Of a stretch of 16,972 nucleotides of DNA, positions 1 to 6,049 are shown in pieces (the first letter of the stretch is position 1; every line of letters begins with the position of its first letter). Source of the stretch: a virus (Duplodnaviria > Heunggongvirae > Uroviricota > Caudoviricetes). Made by a program: the position numbers and the translations under genes. The notes beneath the pieces are model-generated. The model saw only the letters and a program-made list of their open reading frames with translations, was not told the origin of the DNA and searched no databases. The DNA lies in IMG/VR virus record IMGVR_UViG_2693429635_000010; one strand, 5' to 3'.

Positions 1-815
1 CTGCCACCATGGCACTGCGCGTTAAACACGGAGAGGTCAGCACGAAACTGTGTCAGCATGGCTGTAAACAGCGCAGGTTGCTGTGCGTGGGTGGTGGCGC
101 TCATGTCAAACTCTCCCTGCATCCAGCACACCGCCAGCAACACATTTTTCGGGTTCTTCTGTAATGCAGCTTTGGTGCGCGCAATCAGGTCCTGATATAA
201 CGGTTTACCCACACCCCAGCGTGCCGAATCCTGGCTGGCCCCCGTGTCTGCACTGAATGTCCCCTCAGCGCCCTGGGTGAATGCAGAACCACCACGACAG
301 CATGGTACCAGCAGGATCCCCGCGTTATTCGGGATATACGGAAGCAGTTTTTTGGCAATATGTAAGCCCTGGCCGACACAGCCGTACTGCCCTTTGCTCA
401 GGTCTGCCTTCGGATGATTCAGCGTACTCATATCCTGCACATCATGCAGACAGTGGTCAGCCGGGATGATGTCGTTATACGTACAACTCTCTCCACCCGG
501 AGTTACCGTGCTGCGGCGCGCCAGCTGTTTAATGCGCGGATCCGGAGCATCGTAAGAATCCGGTAACGGAAGCCCTTCACCGTAGGCCATGCCGTTGGAC
601 TGTCCGGCAAGCACAACCACATAGAACCAGTCCGGCTCAGATGAAGGGCCGACCTGTGGATCTCCTTCAATAGCCACCGCCTGCATCAGTGTGTACGGCG
701 TAATGGCAACCGGTCCGCCATATGGCTGCCAGCCCTCTTTCAGTTTGTGTGTCAGCTTTTCCGCAAGGTCTGACGGCGACGCCGCCCTGACAACATCATA
801 GTGTTTAAATGCCAT
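1..815 (-). CDS. Sialate O-acetylesterase-like protein (NanS-p family: DUF1737-like N-terminus plus SGNH/SASA esterase domain); N-terminal ~271 codons only, 3' end runs off the left window edge
   Basis: Hand translation of the minus strand from ATG at 813-815 (GGGAGG 4 nt upstream) is open to position 1: MAFKHYDVVRAASPSDLAEKLTHKLKEGWQPYGG...VVLAGQSNGMAYGEGLPLPD... The GQSN block is the SASA/SGNH esterase signature. Absent from the ORF track because no stop codon lies inside the window. Confidence 0.6.
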   Translation of the reverse strand, partial: MAFKHYDVVRAASPSDLAEKLTHKLKEGWQPYGGPVAITPYTLMQAVAIEGDPQVGPSSEPDWFYVVVLAGQSNGMAYGEGLPLPDSYDAPDPRIKQLARRSTVTPGGESCTYNDIIPADHCLHDVQDMSTLNHPKADLSKGQYGCVGQGLHIAKKLLPYIPNNAGILLVPCCRGGSAFTQGAEGTFSADTGASQDSARWGVGKPLYQDLIARTKAALQKNPKNVLLAVCWMQGEFDMSATTHAQQPALFTAMLTQFRADLSVFNAQCHGG

Positions 816-1008
816 GAATCCTCCCGGCCGGGATAATATTGTGAGTAAAATGAGGAGCGGGCTGAAGTCCGGAAGTTACAGGACAATGGCAGAAGAGAGA
901 CAACAGCCCGCAATACGAAAAAGGCCGCGCTATTGCGCAGAGTGATTACTGTCGGATATTATTCGCCAGCTGAAATATTACTTCACGTTTTGTTGTTTAT
1001 TCCTTGCC

Positions 1009-1037
1009 GCCCGCGTCTCCCTGCGCGGGCTTTTTTT
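1009..1037 (+). terminator. Rho-independent terminator oriented on the plus strand
   Basis: Perfect 7-bp GC-rich stem GCCCGCG (1009-1015) / CGCGGGC (1024-1030), 8-nt loop, followed by TTTTTTT (1031-1037). On the minus strand the hairpin is preceded, not followed, by the run, so it acts only on rightward transcripts. Confidence 0.5.
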
Positions 1038-1040
1038 GTC

Positions 1041-1068
1041 CATAAGAAAGCCCCTCCGGAGAGGGGCT
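1041..1068 (-). terminator. Possible minus-strand terminator hairpin
   Basis: Perfect 8-bp stem AGCCCCTC / GAGGGGCT (1049-1068) with 4-nt loop; on the minus-strand RNA it is followed by UUCUUAU. The U tract is interrupted, so weaker than the others. Confidence 0.3.
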
Positions 1069-1263
1069 GGAGAGTGGCGCTATGTGCCATTGCATGGTGC
1101 CGGGTGCCTCCCGGTGAATTCAGTACCAGCACCTGAATCCGCGATTATCCCATATACCTACTCGCTGATTGCCCCTCCGCACAGGGGGATTCACCATGCC
1201 AGTTTCTTTTAACAAACTCCCCGCAAACCAGACAACAGTCAACCGCCTGAATTGTGAGACATT

Positions 1264-1290
1264 TAAAAAAAAGGCCCGCAAAAGCGAGCC
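1264..1290 (-). terminator. Rho-independent terminator immediately 3' of the tRNA cluster
   Basis: Minus-strand RNA GGCUCGC-UUUU-GCGGGCC (7-bp stem with one G-U pair) followed by 8 U (plus-strand A run 1265-1272); 14 nt downstream of the tRNA-Arg 3' end. Confidence 0.55.
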
Positions 1291-1304
1291 AGGGAAAATA
1301 AGTG

Positions 1305-1381
1305 TGGCGCGTTGTACTGGATTCGAACCAGTGACCGATTGCTTAGAAGGCAATTGCTCTGTCCGGCTGAGCTAACAACGC
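1305..1381 (-). tRNA. tRNA-Arg (anticodon UCU)
   Basis: 77-nt cloverleaf read by hand on the minus strand: acceptor GCGTTGT/ACAACGC, D arm GCTC...GAGC, anticodon stem ATTGC/GCAAT with loop CTTCTAA, T arm ACTGG-TTCGAAT-CCAGT, discriminator G, encoded CCA. Position matches the argO-type tRNA of lambdoid late regions. Confidence 0.85.
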
Positions 1382-1394
1382 ATGATGCAGATAA

Positions 1395-1471
1395 TGGACC
1401 GCCATCGGGGACTTGAACCCCGCGCAGCCAGCTTCGAAGGCTGGCGCTCTTTCCTGATGAGCTAATGGCGG
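1395..1471 (-). tRNA. tRNA-Arg (anticodon UCG as read from loop CTTCGAA)
   Basis: 77-nt cloverleaf on the minus strand: acceptor CCGCCAT/ATGGCGG (7 bp), D arm GCTC...GAGC, anticodon stem CCAGC/GCTGG, T arm CGGGG-TTCAAGT-CCCCG, discriminator T, encoded CCA. Unusual C1-G72 first pair. Confidence 0.75.
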
Positions 1472-1478
1472 TATGTGA

Positions 1479-1554
1479 TGGTGGCCCTTGCTGGATTTGA
1501 ACCAGCGACCTGGCGATTATGAGTCGCTCGCTCTCACCACTGAGCTAAAGGGCC
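1479..1554 (-). tRNA. tRNA-Ile2 (anticodon CAU, lysidine type; ileZ-like; a plain CAU reading would be tRNA-Met)
   Basis: 76-nt cloverleaf on the minus strand: GGCCCTT acceptor, D arm GCTC-AGTGGTGA-GAGC, anticodon loop CTCATAA, T arm GCTGG-TTCAAAT-CCAGC, AAGGGCC-A-CCA. Closely resembles E. coli ileX/ileY as I recall them. Confidence 0.8.
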
Positions 1555-1603
1555 GGAAGCAGAATAATAATGGTGCGTAATTAATTCTGCAATCTCATCC
1601 GTT

Positions 1604-2533
1604 TCAAACGATTAAATCCTGAACTTCCCTGACTGTCTGCTCAAAACGTCCGGTCTCCAGCTCAACACCAATCGCACGACGCCCCAGTGCCATCGCCGCT
1701 TTTACCGTTGAACCCGACCCCATGAAAAAATCCGCAACCAGATCACCAGGACGACTACTTGCGCTGATTATCTGCTGCAGCATTTCTGCCGGTTTTTCGC
1801 ACGGATGTTTCCCGGGATAGAACTGCACCGGTTTATGTGTCCACACATCCGTGTACGGCACCTGCGCCGTCACACCAAAATACCGCCGCAGATGCTTATA
1901 TTCACTCTGCAGCTCCACATACTGCCGGTTCAGTGACGTATACGTATCCACCAGCTGGTGGTGGGGCTTTTCCAGTTCACCGCGCTGATGTTTCTCTTCT
2001 GCCACCCGGGCAAACAGCGACTGTAATTTCAGATAATCGCTTTCGTTCGGTAGCTGCCACTGACTGGCACTGAACCAGTGCGACACCATGTTTTTCTTTC
2101 CTGTGGCATCTGCAATCTGTTTTGCCGTTATCCCCAGGGCCGCGCGCGCATCACGAAAGTAAGAAATCAGCGGGGCCATCACATGCTGTTTCAGTGCACT
2201 GCCCTTCGCCGCATACCCGGCATCTTTCGGACGATACGGCCCCTGATAATGTTCCGCGAACAGAATGCGCTCTGTGACGGGGAAATACGCCCGCAGGCTT
2301 TCCTTGTTGCATCCGTTCCAGCGTCCGGACGGCTTCGCCCAGATAATATGGTTCAGCACACTGAAGCGTTCACGCATCATGATTTCGATATCAGATGCCA
2401 GGCGATGACCACAGAACAGGTAAAGACTTCCGGCAGGTTTCAGCACCCGCCAGAACTGCGCCAGACACTGGTCCAGCCACTTCAGGTAATCATCGTCGCC
2501 CTTCCACTGGTTATCCCAGCCCTCAGGCTTCAC
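1604..2533 (-). CDS. DNA methyltransferase (beta-class N6-adenine/N4-cytosine type); 5' boundary uncertain, the DPPY motif lies upstream of the first canonical start codon
   Basis: ORF-track protein ends with motif I (HPCEKP...DFFMGSGST). Extending the frame 5' by hand gives stop-LINADCLEFIRSLPENSVDLIVTDPPYFK-V(GTG at 2531-2533), so catalytic motif IV (DPPY) is in frame but has no ATG/GTG/TTG ahead of it. Confidence 0.6.
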   Translation of the reverse strand: MKPEGWDNQWKGDDDYLKWLDQCLAQFWRVLKPAGSLYLFCGHRLASDIEIMMRERFSVLNHIIWAKPSGRWNGCNKESLRAYFPVTERILFAEHYQGPYRPKDAGYAAKGSALKQHVMAPLISYFRDARAALGITAKQIADATGKKNMVSHWFSASQWQLPNESDYLKLQSLFARVAEEKHQRGELEKPHHQLVDTYTSLNRQYVELQSEYKHLRRYFGVTAQVPYTDVWTHKPVQFYPGKHPCEKPAEMLQQIISASSRPGDLVADFFMGSGSTVKAAMALGRRAIGVELETGRFEQTVREVQDLIV

Positions 2534-2790
2534 TTTAAAGTACGGCGGGTCCGTGACTATCAGGTCAACAGAATTTTCGGGTAACGACCGGATAAATTCC
2601 AGGCAGTCGGCGTTGATTAACTAACAACTGGATATTTTTACAGTATTAAGCATGGATCATTAAGCCTGTCTCTGATAGGCTCATTCTGCTTTTGCGCAAA
2701 GCAGTGGGCCTGAGGTTTGCTTGTGAACCCAACGCATGAGCAGATGGCTGGTGGGTGCCCCTAACACCTACCAGCCGCCCATTTACCACA

Positions 2791-2817
2791 AATAAAAAAG
2801 CCTTTACTGCGGAAGGC
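2791..2817 (-). terminator. Putative rho-independent terminator overlapping the stop codon of the small ORF
   Basis: Minus-strand RNA GCCUU-CCGCAGUA-AAGGC (5-bp stem, 8-nt loop containing the UAA stop) followed by UUUUUUAUU. Confidence 0.4.
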
Positions 2818-3001
2818 GTCTGTAACAACCGAACTGATAGTCTGCCAGACCCGCCATAACCAGCTGGGTCAGTATTAACTGGCAGCGTTCGCGTGAAAGG
2901 TAAGTATTCTGCGCAATCTCCCCGACTGTCGCCGGGTCGGTAACGCTTAATTCATTAAACACCACTCTGGCGGTTTCTGTCATATCCTGCTGTTTTAGCA
3001 T
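2804..3001 (-). CDS. Small hypothetical protein (65 aa), possible helix-turn-helix DNA-binding protein
   Basis: Internal ATG of track ORF 2804..3124 with AGGGA ~8 nt upstream: MLKQQDMTETARVVFNELSVTDPATVGEIAQNTYLSRERCQLILTQLVMAGLADYQFGCYRRLPQ. The track's longer N-terminal extension is hydrophobic low-complexity and overlaps the tR'-like terminator. Sits between two terminators. Confidence 0.4.
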   Translation of the reverse strand: MLKQQDMTETARVVFNELSVTDPATVGEIAQNTYLSRERCQLILTQLVMAGLADYQFGCYRRLPQ

Positions 3002-3124
3002 GTCTTTTTCCCTTTTCCGGTTAACGTGACACACCAATAACTCTTGTCGAAAAAGCCAGCAAGCTGAAAGAACGGTATTAATAACCACCAGCGAATTTAT
3101 TGCGCTGCTGTATATTACGGACAC

Positions 3125-3146
3125 AAAAAAACCACCTTCCGGTGGC
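3125..3146 (-). terminator. tR'-like rho-independent terminator ~100 nt downstream of the Q gene
   Basis: Minus-strand RNA G-CCACC-GGAA-GGUGG followed by 7 U (plus-strand A run 3125-3131). Position relative to Q mirrors the lambda pR'/tR' (6S RNA) layout. Confidence 0.55.
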
Positions 3147-3242
3147 TTCCTTGTGCGAAAAAACTTGCATTTCGCCTCGCGATACAGCTTTGCGAAGCTT
3201 ACAGGAATTCAAGCTGTTTCTGCGTAAAAAAGCAAGCTTTTT
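3147..3242 (-). promoter_or_regulatory. Putative late promoter (pR'-like) and Q-utilisation region between the Q stop codon and the tR'-like terminator
   Basis: Positional inference from lambdoid architecture only; several TTG.../TA...T hexamers are present on the minus strand but none could be fixed confidently by eye. Confidence 0.3.
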
Positions 3243-3785
3243 TTATCGAAATGAATCGTGCATAGGTACATAAAGCATGTGTTCAGCCACGGCTAACCAA
3301 CCTGCAATACGTTTCTCACATGTGCTGAAACACCATTCCGGGTGAGTACGATTTAAACATTCTGCCATTTTTCTCTTACTCATTCCCCGTCCTTCGTACC
3401 TTTGCCGGAGAATATTGATTAGCCCGGGATATTCCCCAAGCACCTCACTGATAACGCGATCAATAATCAACGCCTCTGTGTCTGTACAATGTGACAACCA
3501 GCTCTTCTGCTTCCCTCTGGTCATATCCCGAAAAAATGCCTCAAGTTCCGGTTTTTCCAGCCCGGATTTCTTCATGCTGCGTAAAACCTCATTAACTGCT
3601 GTTTTCGTCAGCTTTTTCGAAACCAGTAACCGGTTAAACATATTTCCGGATTTACCCCCACCGATATACGACCACCGCCCCCACATCCGTAATTTCCCCT
3701 GGATCCAGACTGCTTCCAGCGTGTTCAGGCGTAAATGTTCGCCGCTTTTGCCTGTAATTTCCGGATATATCATATTTACGCTCAC
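3243..3785 (-). CDS. Late-gene antitermination protein Q (phage 21/82-type Q family)
   Basis: 180-aa ORF directly downstream of rusA with overlapping stop/start (GTGA), followed by the tR'-like terminator; N-terminal LRMWGRWSY motif resembles the ERWGAW motif I recall from QuuD-type Q proteins. Confidence 0.55.
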   Translation of the reverse strand: MSVNMIYPEITGKSGEHLRLNTLEAVWIQGKLRMWGRWSYIGGGKSGNMFNRLLVSKKLTKTAVNEVLRSMKKSGLEKPELEAFFRDMTRGKQKSWLSHCTDTEALIIDRVISEVLGEYPGLINILRQRYEGRGMSKRKMAECLNRTHPEWCFSTCEKRIAGWLAVAEHMLYVPMHDSFR

Positions 3786-4141
3786 TCACTCTCAATTTTG
3801 TAAATCTTCACACCCAGCCGTCCACCAGATACTGGCTGACCACGTACAATATTGATTTCATCAAACTGCTCGTCATCAATGAGCACTCCCGCATGCGTCA
3901 GCGCATCCAGCGGTGCTTTCAGAATATTGTCCAGGTCACGACGACGCTTATCCGGTGGCTCTGCAATAATTTTTATTGCCAGCCGTCCGGACAGGCTTAA
4001 TTTCAGTCGCTGCTGGCGAACAATAAGCGCCACTGCCCGGCGATAACGCTCCCCGGCTTTTGATACAAAATATGTGCTGCCACGACGTCGCCAGTAAGTG
4101 TTCACTGTCGGCGGGTAAGGTAAAACCAAATCTATGAGCAT
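3782..4141 (-). CDS. rusA: Holliday-junction resolvase RusA
   Basis: 119-aa ORF with strong RBS (AGAGGTG, 5-nt spacer). Motifs LPYPPTVNTYWRRRG and RRRDLDN...DALTHAGVLIDDEQ match the RusA family as I recall the E. coli K-12 sequence. Confidence 0.8.
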   Translation of the reverse strand: MLIDLVLPYPPTVNTYWRRRGSTYFVSKAGERYRRAVALIVRQQRLKLSLSGRLAIKIIAEPPDKRRRDLDNILKAPLDALTHAGVLIDDEQFDEINIVRGQPVSGGRLGVKIYKIESE

Positions 4142-4153
4142 CAGTCACCTCTT

Positions 4154-5200
4154 TTACCCGAGCACGCCAGTCGCAAAGGCGTGATCAAGAAAACGAAAAA
4201 TTAACTCAATCTGAGAGCCGTACTTTTTCTCAAACTCCAGCGGGTCTGCATGAAGTTCGTTGTGGTGCTCCCGGCACAACGGTAACGTGAAAATATCGTG
4301 GGCCTTTGTCCCCATTCCCCCCTGACCATGACCAATCAGGTGATGCGGATCGTCAGCAGGCTTACCACAACACGCACACGGCTGTGTCTTCACCCAGCGC
4401 GTGTATTTCTCGTTAACCCAGCGGCGACGTTTAGGTCGTTTCATGAAAGATTCCGGAGACTCAGGATCAACGGCAATGCTGACCACCGTCTTTTCCTGTG
4501 GCGGGTTTTGCTGGTGGGCGTGAGGCAGCGGCGCAAGATTTTTTGTGCGCTGCTTCAGTATGCTGGTGGCGGTCTGCTCTCCCGGTACGATGTCGCTTTC
4601 ACGGTACATTGAGCGGATTTTTTCCGCACGCAACCCCAGCGAACGACGTAATACCGCTTCCGGTAGCGCGTCCGCCACCTGATTGCGGACCGCCCACCAG
4701 GATAATTCAGCCAGAGATAATTCCCGTTCCTGTGCACCACTTATTGCGTGACGTATGACGTCAATCATCCAGGCTGTCAGATTTTGTTGAGCAAGCTGCC
4801 CGAGTGATTCGGATGTCTGGTCGCGCAGCTGGTTGTCGCAGTGCCAGCACAACACCATTGCGCCGGTACCATAACGGTGAATGACGGTTTCACTGTGGTG
4901 ATAATCACCGTGTGGCCACTGGCAGGATTTAACATGGCGCAGTAACCAGTCAGACAATGCGCCAGCGCCACCAGCAGCACGAATCACTCGTTCGTCGCTG
5001 AAAAATGGCAGTAATGATTTATCCTCCGCCAGCGGCTGGCGAACGGCAGGAACGACCCCGGACGGCAGATTACGCATGCTTTTCGGTTCCGGCTCCACCA
5101 GTACCCGGGTATTGTGGAATACCGGCATGGATTCACGGCCCGGCTTAACGATCACCAGCCCGAGTTCCGGTACCAGAACAGGTCGAAGTAATACCCGCAC
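4154..5200 (-). CDS. DUF968-like (YdfU-like) nin-region protein with C-terminal Cys/His motif
   Basis: 348-aa ORF with GTG start and GGAGG 5 nt upstream; C-terminus carries CACCGKP...HHLIGHG...LCREHHNELH, a zinc-finger/HNH-like signature. Size and position match the DUF968 proteins of lambdoid prophages. Confidence 0.55.
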   Translation of the reverse strand: MRVLLRPVLVPELGLVIVKPGRESMPVFHNTRVLVEPEPKSMRNLPSGVVPAVRQPLAEDKSLLPFFSDERVIRAAGGAGALSDWLLRHVKSCQWPHGDYHHSETVIHRYGTGAMVLCWHCDNQLRDQTSESLGQLAQQNLTAWMIDVIRHAISGAQERELSLAELSWWAVRNQVADALPEAVLRRSLGLRAEKIRSMYRESDIVPGEQTATSILKQRTKNLAPLPHAHQQNPPQEKTVVSIAVDPESPESFMKRPKRRRWVNEKYTRWVKTQPCACCGKPADDPHHLIGHGQGGMGTKAHDIFTLPLCREHHNELHADPLEFEKKYGSQIELIFRFLDHAFATGVLG

Positions 5201-5201
5201 G

Positions 5202-5480
5202 TTACCTCCAGATGCGTTGCTGGAATGTGCGGGACGGACGCGGTGGTCGTTCGGAGTAAGGAAGCCTGACGGAGATTATCCAGTGACGATAATCGAGGCT
5301 GAGGGCTTTCTTAATCTCGTATCCGTGTCTGCGGTAGCACTGAATTAGCCACTCGGCCTGTTCTTCAGTGCATGGGGGATGCTGGAACCAGTCAGATTTG
5401 AAAGTGCGGGAACGCCGCCCGTGCCTGCTGGCAGGGGCGGCAGAGTTATCCGAATTGTAAAATTTGGTATCGTGCGCCAT
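5202..5480 (-). CDS. Hypothetical nin-region protein (92 aa), paralogue of 10055..10333
   Basis: Internal ATG of track ORF 5202..5609: MAHDTKFYNSDNSAAPASRHGRRSRTFKSDWFQHPPCTEEQAEWLIQCYRRHGYEIKKALSLDYRHWIISVRLPYSERPPRPSRTFQQRIWR. About 80% identical to the copy-B paralogue, supporting a real gene; weak RBS. Confidence 0.45.
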   Translation of the reverse strand: MAHDTKFYNSDNSAAPASRHGRRSRTFKSDWFQHPPCTEEQAEWLIQCYRRHGYEIKKALSLDYRHWIISVRLPYSERPPRPSRTFQQRIWR

Positions 5481-5549
5481 CTGTTTTCTCTGCTGGCGCA
5501 GCAGGTGCCAGTTGTTCAGGCTGACGGATGGATTGTAAACCAGAACGAC

Positions 5550-5579
5550 CAGAAAAAACAAAACCCGCCGAAGCGGGTT
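5550..5579 (-). terminator. hok mRNA 3' terminator
   Basis: Minus-strand RNA AACCCGC-UUCG-GCGGGUU followed by UUUUGUUUUUU (plus-strand A-rich run 5551-5561). Confidence 0.5.
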
Positions 5580-5647
5580 AAGTGCGGGTGCGTTGAGGAT
5601 GCCTGACACATCAGAGGTGGCGAGGGATTTCTCCCCCGCCAGGTCTC

Positions 5648-5803
5648 TTACTCCTCAGGTTCGTAAGCTGTGAAGACAGCGACCTCCGTCTGGCCGGTTC
5701 GGATTCGTACCTCGCAGAGGTCTTTCCTCGTTACCAGTGCCGTCACTATGACGGTTAAACAGATGACGATCAGGGCGATTAACATCGCCTTTTGCTGCTT
5801 CAT
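5648..5803 (-). CDS. hok: Hok-family type I toxin (51 aa, HokD-like)
   Basis: MKQQKAMLIALIVICLTVIVTALVTRKDLCEVRIRTGQTEVAVFTAYEPEE, embedded in track ORF 5648..5860; matches the Hok/Gef consensus, and I recall HokD (RelF) of E. coli as identical. Confidence 0.85.
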   Translation of the reverse strand: MKQQKAMLIALIVICLTVIVTALVTRKDLCEVRIRTGQTEVAVFTAYEPEE

Positions 5804-5993
5804 AGCCTGCTTCTCCTTGCCTTTCGGCACGTAAGAGGCTAACCTACATTTGTGAGACATAGATTGGGCCTCAGATTAATGTTAAGCGTCTTGCAGGACG
5901 CGTAATGTTAACTGGGGCTTTTCTCTATCTGCCTTTTGGTGTTCATGCCTGAGACAGATAGCCTCAAGCACCCGCAGCAATTCTACTTAACTC
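5804..5993. promoter_or_regulatory. hok mRNA leader (mok / fold-back region) with the expected antisense Sok RNA gene on the plus strand
   Basis: Established hok/sok architecture. An inverted repeat CTATCTG...CAGATAG is visible near 5925-5958. Sok promoter and ends were not mapped. Confidence 0.4.
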
Positions 5994-6049
5994 TCCTTTT
6001 CCCGCAAACCGTTTTTACCCGATATGGGAATTCCCATATCGTAATGAAT

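Larger units (their letters stand above)
5061..5993. repeat. Direct repeat copy A (~0.93 kb): 5' end of the DUF968 gene, the 92-aa gene and a complete hok locus
   Basis: Aligned by eye to 9914..11136: near-identical at both ends (first ~150 bp and the hok locus), more diverged in the middle; copy B carries ~329 bp where copy A has ~38 bp (5524-5561). Confidence 0.7.

Noticed and set aside
816-1304. Searched for Shiga-toxin genes (stxA/stxB) between the tRNA cluster and the esterase gene
   Set aside because: No ORF of suitable size or orientation exists there; the interval holds only terminators, so no toxin call is made.
933-1375. Plus-strand ORFs 933..1136 and 1169..1375 and minus-strand ORF 1120..1353 in the cargo slot
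   Set aside because: They run through the terminator hairpins and into the tRNA-Arg gene; no RBS; the interval is better explained as non-coding.
2078-2584. Plus-strand 168-aa ORF
   Set aside because: Lies fully antisense within the methyltransferase gene, whose protein shows clear conserved motifs; Arg/Pro-rich antisense-type composition.
2646-2828. Minus-strand 60-aa ORF
   Set aside because: Starts inside the terminator hairpin at the end of the small 65-aa gene, has no RBS, and overlaps the hairpin-rich region.
3415-3855. Plus-strand 146-aa ORF
   Set aside because: Antisense to the Q gene and the rusA 3' end; no start context; Ser-rich low-complexity translation.
5076-5348. Plus-strand ORFs 5076..5348 (90 aa) and 9887..10315 (142 aa)
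   Set aside because: They are the same mirror-frame ORF in the two repeat copies, antisense to the DUF968 start and the 92-aa gene; no RBS; their sequence is explained entirely by the minus-strand genes.
5609-5860. Long N-terminal extensions given by the ORF track for 5202..5609, 5648..5860, 10055..10444, 10792..11004, 2804..3124 and 7150..7503
   Set aside because: Each extension lacks an RBS and overlaps an upstream terminator or gene; internal ATG/GTG starts with RBSs give the conserved, paralogue-supported proteins, so the shorter coordinates were used.
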